From the NCBI RefSeq assembly GCF_009914755.1, contig NC_060943.1: a stretch of 64,000 bases of DNA; one strand, written 5' to 3'. Of this stretch, positions 53,401-64,000 are shown piece by piece. The stretch comes from the human T2T-CHM13v2.0 reference genome, Homo sapiens. Position 1 is the stretch's first letter. Every line of letters begins with the position of its first letter. The notes below the pieces were generated by a model that saw only the letters and a program-made list of their open reading frames with translations, was not told the DNA's origin and did no database searches. The position numbers were made by a program, and so were the translations under genes.

Positions 53401-56400
53401 GGGATCCGCAAGGGGATATTTGGACCGCTTTGAGACCTTTGCTGGAAATGGGAATATCTTCACATATAAACTAGACAGAAGCATTCTCAGAAACTTCTTC
53501 GTGATGTGTGCATTCTACTCCCAAATTTGAATCTTCCTTTTCATGAAGCAGTTTTGAAACACTCTGTTTGTGCAATCCACAATTGGATAATTGGAACGCT
53601 TTGATGCCCATGGTAGAAAAGGAAATATCCTCATATAAAAACTAGACAGAAGGATTCACAGAAAATGCTTTGTGATGTGTGCATTCAAATCACGGAGTTG
53701 AATCTTTCTTTTGTCAGAGCAGTTTTGAAACACTGTTTCTGTGGAATCTGCCAGCGGACACTTGGAGCGCTTTGAGGGCTATGGTGGAGAAGGAAATATC
53801 TTCCCATAAAAACTAGAAAGAAGCATTCTCAGAAACATTTATGTGAAGCGTGCATTCAACTCACAGAGTTGAACCTTCCTTTTGATACAACAGTTTTGAA
53901 ACACTCTTTTGAACAATTGCAGGTGAATCTTTGGAGCGCTTTGAAGCCTTTGTTGGAAATGGGAATATCTTCACACACAAACTAGCCAGAAGCATTCTCA
54001 GAAACTTCTTTGTGATGTGTGCGTTGAACCCAGAGAGATGAACCTTTCCTTGGATAGAGCAGTTTTGAAACGTGTTTTTGTAAGATCTGCAAGCGGATAA
54101 TTGGCTTCGCTTTGTGTCCTTTGGTGGAAACGGGAATATCTTCTAATAAAAACTAGACAGAAATATTCTCACAATCTCCTTTGTGATGTGGGCATTCAAC
54201 TAACACAGTTGAACATTTCTTTTCACAGAGCAGTTTTGAGACACTCTTTTGGTAGAATCTGCCAGTGGATATTTGGAGCGCTTTGAGGGCTGTTGTGCCA
54301 ATGGAAATATCTGCCCCTAAAATCTAGACAGAAGCATTCTCAGAAACTACTTCGTGATGTTTGCATTCAACTCACAGAGTTGAACATACCTCTTCACAGA
54401 GCAGTTTTGAAAACCTCTTTTTGTAGAATCTGCAAGTGGATATTCGGAGCACTTTGAGGCCTTCATAGGAAACAGTAATATCTTCGCATAAAAACTAGAT
54501 AGAAGCATTGTCAGGAAGTTCTTTGTGATGTGTGAATTCAACTCACAGAGTTGAACCTTCCTTTAATAGAGCAGTGTTGAAACACTCTTTTTCTAGAATC
54601 TGCAAGTAGATATTTGGAGCGCTTGGAGGCCTTCGTTGGAAACCGGAATATCTTCACAGGAAATGTAGATAGAGGCATTCTCAGAAACTTTTTTGTGATA
54701 TGTAGATTCAACTCACAGCGTTGAACCTTTCTTTGGATGGAGCAGTTTTGAAAAACTCTTTTATCGAATCTGCAGGTAGACATTTGGGGTGCTTTGAGGG
54801 CTGTGGTGCAAAAGGAAATGTCTTCCCATAGAAACTAGACTGAAGCATTCTCAGCAACTTCTTGGTGACGTTTGCATTCATCTCACAGTGTTGAACATAC
54901 CTTTCCATAGAGTAGTTTTGAAACACTGTTTTTGTAGAATCGGTAAGTGGATATTTGGACTGCTTTGAGGCCTTCATCGGAAACGGGAATATCTTCACAT
55001 AAACACTAGAGAGAAGCATTCTCAGAAACTTCTTTGTGATCTGTCCATTCAACTCACAGAGTTGGACCTTCCTTTTTATGGAGCAGTTTTGAATCACTGT
55101 TTTTGGAGAATCTGCAAGTGGATATTTGGAGCGCTTTGAGGCCTATGGTAGAAAAAGAAATATCTGCCTCTAAAAACCAGACAGAAGCATTCCGAGAAAC
55201 TTCTCTGTGATGTTTGCATTCAACTAGCAGAGTTGAACCTTCCTTTTGATAGGGCAGTTTGGAAACACTCTTTTTGTAGAATCTGCATGTGGATATCTGG
55301 AGCGGTTTGAGGCCTACGGTCAAAAAGGAAATATCTTCCTGGGAAAAATAGACGAAAGCATTCTCAGAAACTGCTTTGTGATATGTGCATTCGACTCACC
55401 GAGTTGAAACTTTTTTTTGATAGAGCAGTTTTGAAACACTCTGTAGAATCTGAAAGTGGATATTTGGAGCTCTTTGAGGGCTATGGCGGCAAAGAAACTA
55501 TATTCACATTAAAGTAGACAGCAGCATTCTCAGAAACTTCTTTAGGATGTTTGCAGTAAACTCACAGAGTTGAACATACCTTTCCGTAGAGCAGTTTTGA
55601 AACACTCTGTTTGTGGGATCCGCAAGGGGATATTTGGACCGCTTTGAGACCTTTGCTGGAAATGGGAATATCTTCACATATAAACTAGACAGAAGCATTC
55701 TCAGAAACTTCTTCGTGATGTGTGCATTCTACTCCCGAATTTGAATCTTCCTTTTCATGAAGCAGTTTTGAAACACTCTGTTTGTGCAATCCACAATTGG
55801 ATAATTGGAACGCTTTGATGCCCATGGTAGAAAAGGAAATATCCTCATATAAAAACTAGACAGAAGGATTCACAGAAAATGCTTTGTGATGTGTGCATTC
55901 AAATCACGGAGTTGAATCTTTCTTTTGTCAGAGCAGTTTTGAAACACTGTTTCTGTGGAATCTGCCAGCGGACACTTGGAGCGCTTTGAGGGCTATGGTG
56001 GAGAAGGAAATATCTTCCCATAAAAACTAGAAAGAAGCATTCTCAGAAACATTTATGTGAAGCGTGCATTCAACTCACAGAGTTGAACCTTCCTTTGGAT
56101 ACAACAGTTTTGAAACACTCTTTTGAACAATTGCAGGTGAATCTTTGGAGCGCTTTGAAGCCTTTGTTGGAAATGGGAATATCTTCACACACAAACTAGC
56201 CAGAAGCATTCTCAGAAACTTCTTTGTGATGTGTGCGTTGAACCCAGAGAGATGAACCTTTCCTTGGATAGAGCAGTTTTGAAACGTGTTTTTGTAAGAT
56301 CTGCAAGCGGATAATTGGCTTCGCTTTGTGTCCTTTGGTGGAAACGGGAATATCTTCTAATAAAAACTAGACAGAAATATTCTCAGAATCTCCTTTGTGA

Positions 56401-59400
56401 TGTGGGCATTCAACTAACACAGTTGAACATTTCTTTTCACAGAGCAGTTTTGAGACACTCTTTTGGTAGAATCTGCCAGTGGATATTTGGAGCGCTTTGA
56501 GGGCTGTTGTGCCAATGGAAATATCTGCCCCTAAAATCTAGACAGAAGCATTCTCAGAAACTACTTCGTGATGTTTGCATTCAACTCACAGAGTTGAACA
56601 TACCTCTTCACAGAGCAGTTTTGAAAACCTCTTTTTGTAGAATCTGCAAGTGGATATTCGGAGCACTTTGAGGCCTTCATAGGAAACAGTAATATCTTCG
56701 CATAAAAACTAGATAGAAGCATTGTCAGGAAGTTCTTTGTGATGTGTGAATTCAACTCACAGAGTTGAACCTTCCTTTTTATGGAGCAGTTTTGAATCAC
56801 TGTTTTTGGAGAATCTGCAAGTGGATATTTGGAGCGCTTTGAGGCCTATGGTAGAAAAAGAAATATCTGCCTCTAAAAACCAGACAGAAGCATTCCGAGA
56901 AACTTCTCTGTGATGTTTGCATTCAACTAGCAGAGTTGTACCTTCCTTTTGATAGGGCAGTTTGGAAACACTCTTTTTGTAGAATCTGCATGTGGATATC
57001 TGGAGCGGTTTGAGGCCTACGGTCAAAAAGGAAATATCTTCCTGGGAAAAATAGACGAAAGCATTCTCAGAAACTGCTTTGTGATATGTGCATTCGACTC
57101 ACCGAGTTGAAACTTTTTTTTGATAGAGCAGTTTTGAAACACTCTGTAGAATCTGAAAGTGGATATTTGGAGCTCTTTGAGGGCTATGGCGGAAAAGAAA
57201 CTATATTCACATTAAAGTAGACAGCAGCATTCTCAGAAACTTCTTTAGGATGTTTGCAGTAAACTCACAGAGTTGAACATACCTTTCCGTAGAGCAGTTT
57301 TGAAACACTCTGTTTGTGGGATCCGCAAGGGGATATTTGGACCGCTTTGAGACCTTTGCTGGAAATGGGAATATCTTCACATATAAACTAGACAGAAGCA
57401 TTCTCAGAAACTTCTTCGTGATGTGTGCATTCTACTCCCGAATTTGAATCTTCCTTTTTATGAAGCAGTTTTGAAACACTCTGTTTGTGCAATCCACAAT
57501 TGGATAATTGGAACGCTTTGATGCCCATGGTAGAAAAGGAAATATCCTCATATAAAAACTAGACAGAAGGATTCACAGAAAATGCTTTGTGATGTGTGCA
57601 TTCAAATCACGGAGTTGAATCTTTCTTTTGTCAGAGCAGTTTTGAAACACTGTTTCTGTGGAATCTGCCAGCGGACACTTGGAGCGCTTTGAGGGCTATG
57701 GTGGAGAAGGAAATATCTTCCCATAAAAACTAGAAAGAAGCATTCTCAGAAACATTTATGTGAAGCGTGCATTCAACTCACAGAGTTGAACCTTCCTTTG
57801 GATACAACAGTTTTGAAACACTCTTTTGAACAATTGCAGGTGAATCTTTGGAGCGCTTTGAAGCCTTTGTTGGAAATGGGAATATCTTCACACACAAACT
57901 AGCCAGAAGCATTCTCAGAAACTTCTTTGTGATGTGTGCGTTGAACCCAGAGAGATGAACCTTTCCTTGGATAGAGCAGTTTTGAAACGTGTTTTTGTAA
58001 GATCTGCAAGCGGATAATTGGCTTCGCTTTGTGTCCTTTGGTGGAAACGGGAATATCTTCTAATAAAAACTAGACAGAAATATTCTCACAATCTCCTTTG
58101 TGATGTGGGCATTCAACTAACACAGTTGAACATTTCTTTTCACAGAGCAGTTTTGAAACACTCTTTTGGTAGAATCTGCCAGTGGATATTTGGAGCGCTT
58201 TGAGGGCTGTTGTGCCAATGGAAATATCTGCCCCTAAAATCTAGACAGAAGCATTCTCAGAAACTACTTCGTGATGTTTGCATTCAACTCACAGAGTTGA
58301 ACATACCTCTTCACAGAGCAGTTTTGAAAACCTCTTTTTGTAGAATCTGCAAGTGGATATTCGGAGCACTTTGAGGCCTTCATAGGAAACAGTAATATCT
58401 TCGCATAAAAACTAGATAGAAGCATTGTCAGGAAGTTCTTTGTGATGTGTGAATTCAACTCACAGAGTTGAACCTTCCTTTAATAGAGCAGTTTTGAAAC
58501 ACTCTTTTTCTAGAATCTGCAAGTAGATATTTGGAGCGCTTGGAGGCCTTCTTTGGAAACCGGAATATCTTCAAAGGAAATGTAGATAGAGGCATTCTCA
58601 GAAACTTTTTTGTGATATGTAGATTCAACTCACAGCGTTGAACCTTTCTTTGGATGGAGCAGTTTTGAAAAACTCTTTTATCGAATCTGCAGGTAGACAT
58701 TTGGGGTGCTTTGAGGGCTGTGGTGCAAAAGGAAATGTCTTCCCATAGAAACTAGACTGAAGCATTCTCAGCAACTTCTTTGTGACGTTTGCATTCATCT
58801 CACAGTGTTGAACATACCTTTCCATAGAGTAGTTTTGAAACACTGTTTGTGTAGAATCGGCAAGTGGATATTTGGACTGCTTTGAGGCCTTCATCGGAAA
58901 CGGGAATATCTTCACATAAACACTAGAGAAAAGCATTCTCAGAAACTTCTTTGTGATCTGTCCATTCAACTCACAGAGTTGAACCTTCCTTTTTATGGAG
59001 CAGTTTTGAATCACTGTTTTTGGAGAATCTGCAAGTGGATATTTGGAGCGCTTTGAGGCCTATGGTAGAAAAAGAAATATCTGCCTCTAAAAACCAGACA
59101 GAAGCATTCCGAGAAACTTCTCTGTGATGTTTGCATTCAACTAGCAGAGTTGAACCTTCCTTTTGATAGGGCAGTTTGGAAACACTCTTTTTGTAGAATC
59201 TGCATGTGGATATCTGGAGCGGTTTGAGGCCTACGGTCAAAAAGGAAATATCTTCCTGGGAAAAATAGACGAAAGCATTCTCAGAAAGTGCTTTGTGATA
59301 TGTGCATTCGACTCACCGAGTTGAAACTTTTTTTTGATAGAGCAGTTTTGAAACACTCTGTAGAATCTGAAAGTGGATATTTGGAGCTCTTTGAGGGCTA

Positions 59401-62400
59401 TGGCGGCAAAGAAACTATATTCACATTAAAGTAGACAGCAGCATTCTCAGAAACTTCTTTAGGATGTTTGCAGTAAACTCACAGAGTTGAACATACCTTT
59501 CCGTAGAGCAGTTTTGAAACACTCTGTTTGTGGGATCCGCAAGGGGATATTTGGACCGCTTTGAGACCTTTGCTGGAAATGGGAATATCTTCACATATAA
59601 ACTAGACAGAAGCATTCTCAGAAACTTCTTCGTGATGTGTGCATTCTACTCCCAAATTTGAATCTTCCTTTTCATGAAGCAGTTTTGAAACACTCTGTTT
59701 GTGCAATCCACAATTGGATAATTGGAACGCTTTGATGCCCATGGTAGAAAAGGAAATATCCTCATATAAAAACTAGACAGAAGGATTCACAGAAAATGCT
59801 TTGTGATGTGTGCATTCAAATCACGGAGTTGAATCTTTCTTTTGTCAGAGCAGTTTTGAACACTGTTTCTGTGGAATCTGCCAGCGGACACTTGGAGCGC
59901 TTTGAGGGCTATGGTGGAGAAGGAAATATCTTCCCATAAAAACTAGAAAGAAGCATTCTCAGAAACATTTATGTGAAGCGTGCATTCAACTCACAGAGTT
60001 GAACCTTCCTTTGGATACAACAGTTTTGAAACACTCTTTTGAACAATTGCAGGTGAATCTTTGGAGCGCTTTGAAGCCTTTGTTGGAAATGGGAATATCT
60101 TCACACACAAACTAGCCAGAAGCATTCTCAGAAACTTCTTTGTGATGTGTGCGTTGAACCCAGAGAGATGAACCTTTCCTTGGATAGAGCAGTTTTGAAA
60201 CGTGTTTTTGTAAGATCTGCAAGCGGATAATTGGCTTCGCTTTGTGTCCTTTGGTGGAAACGGGAATATCTTCTAATAAAAACTAGACAGAAATATTCTC
60301 AGAATCTCCTTTGTGATGTGGGCATTCAACTAACACAGTTGAACATTTCTTTTCACAGAGCAGTTTTGAAACACTCTTTTGGTAGAATCTGCCAGTGGAT
60401 ATTTGGAGCGCTTTGAGGGCTGTTGTGCCAATGGAAATATCTGCCCCTAAAATCTAGACAGAAGCATTCTCAGAAACTACTTCGTGATGTTTGCATTCAA
60501 CTCACAGAGTTGAACATACCTCTTCACAGAGCAGTTTTGAAAACCTCTTTTTGTAGAATCTGCAAGTGGATATTCGGAGCACTTTGAGGCCTTCATAGGA
60601 AACAGTAATATCTTCGCATAAAAACTAGATAGAAGCATTGTCAGGAAGTTCTTTGTGATGTGTGAATTCAACTCACAGAGTTGAAACTTCCTTTAATAGA
60701 GCAGTGTTGAAACACTCTTTTTCTAGAATCTGCAAGTAGATATTTGGAGCGCTTGGAGGCCTTCGTTGTAAACCGGAATATCTTCACAGGAAATGTAGAT
60801 AGAGGCATTCTCAGAAACTTTTTTGTGATATGTAGATTCAACTCACAGCGTTGAACCTTTCTTTGGATGGAGCAGTTTTGAAAAACTCTTTTATCGAATC
60901 TGCAGGTAGACATTTGGGGTGCTTTGAGGGCTGTGGTGCAAAAGGAAATGTCTTCCCATAGAAACTAGACTGAAGCATTCTCAGCAACTTCTTGGTGACG
61001 TTTGCATTCATCTCACAGTGTTGAACATACCTTTCCATAGAGTAGTTTTGAAACACTGTTTTTGTAGAATCGGCAAGTGGATATTTGGACTGCTTTGAGG
61101 CCTTCATCGGAAACGGGAATATCTTCACATAAACACTAGAGAGAAGCATTCTCAGAAACTTCTTTGTGATCTGTCCATTCAACTCACAGAGTTGAACCTT
61201 CCTTTTTATGGAGCAGTTTTGAATCACTGTTTTTGGAGAATCTGCAAGTGGATATTTGGAGCGCTTTGAGGCCTATGGTAGAAAAAGAAATATCTGCCTC
61301 TAAAAACCAGACAGAAGCATTCCGAGAAACTTCTCTGTGATGTTTGCATTCAAGTAGCAGAGTTGAACCTTCCTTTTGATAGGGTAGTTTGGAAACACTC
61401 TTTTTGTAGAATCTGCATGTGGATATCTGGAGCGGTTTGAGGCCTACGGTCAAAAAGGAAATATCTTCCTGGGAAAAATAGACGAAAGCATTCTCAGAAA
61501 CTGCTTTGTGATATGTGCATTCGACTGACCGAGTTGAAACTTTTTTTTGATAGAGCAGTTTTGAAACACTCTGTAGAATCTGAAAGTGGATATTTGGAGC
61601 TCTTTGAGGGCTATGGCGGCAAAGAAACTATATTCACATTAAAGTAGACAGCAGCATTCTCAGAAACTTCTTTAGGATGTTTGCAGTAAACTCACAGAGT
61701 TGAACATACCTTTCCGTAGAGCAGTTTTGAAACACTCTGTTTGTGGGATCCGCAAGGGGATATTTGGACCGCTTTGAGACCTTTGCTGGAAATGGGAATA
61801 TCTTCACATATAAACTAGACAGAAGCATTCTCAGAAACTTCTTCGTGATGTGTGCATTCTACTCCCGAATTTGAATCTTCCTTTTCATGAAGCAGTTTTG
61901 AAACACTCTGTTTGTGCAATCCACAATTGGATAATTGGAACGCTTTGATGCCCATGGTAGAAAAGGAAATATCCTCATATAAAAACTAGACAGAAGGATT
62001 CACAGAAAATGCTTTGTGATGTGTGCATTCAAATCACGGAGTTGAATCTTTCTTTTGTCAGAGCAGTTTTGAAACACTGTTTCTGTGGAATCTGCCAGCG
62101 GACACTTGGAGCGCTTTGAGGGCTATGGTGGAGAAGGAAATATCTTCCCATAAAAACTAGAAAGAAGCATTCTCAGAAACATTTATGTGAAGCGTGCATT
62201 CAACTCACAGAGTTGAACCTTCCTTTGGATACAACAGTTTTGAAACACTCTTTTGAACAATTGCAGGTGAATCTTTGGAGCGCTTTGAAGCCTTTGTTGG
62301 AAATGGGAATATCTTCACACACAAACTAGCCAGAAGCATTCTCAGAAACTTCTTTGTGATGTGTGCGTTGAACCCAGAGAGATGAACCTTTCCTTGGATA

Positions 62401-64000
62401 GAGCAGTTTTGAAACGTGTTTTTGTAAGATCTGCAAGCGGATAATTGGCTTCGCTTTGTGTCCTTTGGTGGAAACGGGAATATCTTCTAATAAAAACTAG
62501 ACAGAAATATTCTCACAATCTCCTTTGTGATGTGGGCATTCAACTAACACAGTTGAACATTTCTTTTCACAGAGCAGTTTTGAAACACTCTTTTGGTAGA
62601 ATCTGCCAGTGGATATTTGGAGCGCTTTGAGGGCTGTTGTGCCAATGGAAATATCTGCCCCTAAAATCTAGACAGAAGCATTCTCAGAAACTACTTCGTG
62701 ATGTTTGCATTCAACTCACAGAGTTGAACATACCTCTTCACAGAGCAGTTTTGAAAACCTCTTTTTGTAGAATCTGCAAGTGGATATTCGGAGCACTTTG
62801 AGGCCTTCATAGGAAACAGTAATATCTTCGCATAAAAACTAGATAGAAGCATTGTCAGGAAGTTCTTTGTGATGTGTGAATTCAACTCACAGAGTTGAAC
62901 CTTCCTTTAATAGAGCAGTTTTGAAACACTCTTTTTCTAGAATCTGCAAGTAGATATTTGGAGCGCTTGGAGGCCTTCTTTGGAAACCGGAATATCTTCA
63001 AAGGAAATGAAGATAGAGGCATTCTCAGAAACTTTTTTGTGATATGTAGATTCAACTCACAGCGTTGAACCTTTCTTTGGATGGAGCAGTTTTGAAAAAC
63101 TCTTTTATTGAATCTGCAGGTAGACATTTGGGGTGCTTTGAGGGCTGTGGTGCAAAAGGAAATGTCTTCCCATAGAAACTAGACTGAAGCATTCTCAGCA
63201 ACTTCTTTGTGACGTTTGCATTCATCTCACAGTGTTGAACATACCTTTCCATAGAGTAGTTTTGAAACACTGTTTGTGTAGAATCGGCAAGTGGATATTT
63301 GGACTGCTTTGAGGCCTTCATCGGAAACGGGAATATCTTCACATAAACACTAGAGAGAAGCATTCTCAGAAACTTCTTTGTGATCTGTCCATTCAACTCA
63401 CAGAGTTGAACCTTCCTTTTTATGGAGCAGTTTTGAATCACTGTTTTTGGAGAATCTGCAAGTGGATATTTGGAGCGCTTTGAGGCCTATGGTAGAAAAA
63501 GAAATATCTGCCTCTAAAAACCAGACAGAAGCATTCCGAGAAACTTCTCTGTGATGTTTGCATTCAACTAGCAGAGTTGAACCTTCCTTTTGATAGGGCA
63601 GTTTGGAAACACTCTTTTTGTAGAATCTGCATGTGGATATCTGGAGCGGTTTGAGGCCTACGGTCAAAAAGGAAATATCTTCCTGGGATAAATAGACGAA
63701 AGCATTCTCAGAAACTGCTTTGTGATATGTGCATTCGACTCACCGAGTTGAAACTTTTTTTTGATAGAGCAGTTTTGAAACACTCTGTAGAATCTGAAAG
63801 TGGATATTTGGAGCTCTTTGAGGGCTATGGCGGCAAAGAAACTATATTCACATTAAAGTAGACAGCAGCATTCTCAGAAACTTCTTTAGGATGTTTGCAG
63901 TAAACTCACAGAGTTGAACATACCTTTCCGTAGAGCAGTTTTGAAACACTCTGTTTGTGGGATCCGCAAGGGGATATTTGGACCGCTTTGAGACCTTTGC
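23500..64000 (+). repeat. Homogeneous core 13-mer HOR copies
   Basis: Units are 2214 bp apart from two 1-bp deletions (~43993, ~59860) and one 511-bp deletion. All units carry cattgtcaggaag. ORF translations are nearly identical between units. Confidence 0.92.
56748..58450 (+). repeat. 10-mer HOR variant (1703 bp; 3 monomers / 511 bp deleted)
   Basis: Equivalent sites 56315 and 58018 are 1703 bp apart. At 56741-56800, monomer-1 start (gatgtgtgaattcaactc) joins monomer-4 body (tttatggagcagttttgaatcac). Confidence 0.95.

Larger units (their letters stand above)
1..64000 (+). repeat. Alpha-satellite array of ~171-bp head-to-tail monomers, arranged as a 13-mer HOR (2214 bp)
   Basis: Alphoid motifs (cattctcagaaacttctttgtgatgt, cattcaactcacagagttgaac, gagcagttttgaaacactc, ggaatatcttcac) recur about every 171 bp. 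Equivalent positions recur every 2214 bp (ORF track 60, 2274, 4488 ... 23713, 25927, 28141 ...). 2214/13 is about 170.3. Confidence 0.99.

Noticed and set aside
60-63667. Recurring 61-138 aa ORFs (e.g. MIQNCSIKRKVQLCELN..., MASLCVLWWKREY...)
   Set aside because: They are translations of alphoid monomers (171 = 57 codons, so frames persist). They recur with the HOR period, are broken freely by stops and indels, and show no recognisable domain or gene structure.
1-64000. CRISPR-like appearance (conserved motifs separated by variable segments)
   Set aside because: The variable parts are homologous monomer sequence repeating every 2214 bp, not unique spacers. There are no cas genes, and this is eukaryotic satellite DNA.
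1-64000. Alu/L1 or other insertions and strand inversions
   Set aside because: All unit spacings are explained by 13-, 11- or 10-monomer units with 1-3 bp indels. I saw no poly-A tails, non-alphoid tracts or reverse-orientation monomers.
1-64000. Assignment to the D17Z1 13-mer variant or another active SF1-3 array
   Set aside because: Those arrays have regular dimeric or pentameric substructure with intact CENP-B boxes. Here the A/B order is irregular and all boxes are degenerate.

Overview
The whole 64 kb window is primate, most likely human, alpha-satellite DNA: ~171-bp monomers in one orientation, organised as a 13-monomer higher-order repeat (HOR) of 2214 bp with about 29 units. I saw no genes, Alu/L1 insertions or inversions. 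All listed ORFs are by-products of the repeat. The A-type/B-type monomer order is irregular (B A B A A A B A A B B A B), as in suprachromosomal family 5 (R1/R2). I found no intact CENP-B box. Together with one EcoRI site per 2.2-kb unit, this fits the SF5 13-mer of chromosomes 5/19 (D5Z1/D19Z1-like); that assignment is from recall, not a search. The informative content is the array's internal structure: (1) a diverged edge (1-14 kb) grading into a homogeneous core (>23.5 kb); (2) a tandem 4081-bp 13-mer+11-mer super-unit; (3) a single 10-mer deletion variant with a 29-bp junction homology; (4) a SNP-defined two-HOR (~4428 bp) periodicity that alternates over 14 consecutive units; (5) rare SNPs recurring exactly 11 HORs apart; (6) a short cluster of mutations that restores a pJalpha-like core. 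I found no evidence of a new protein-coding system. SNP patterns were read by eye with help from the ORF track and need alignment to confirm.
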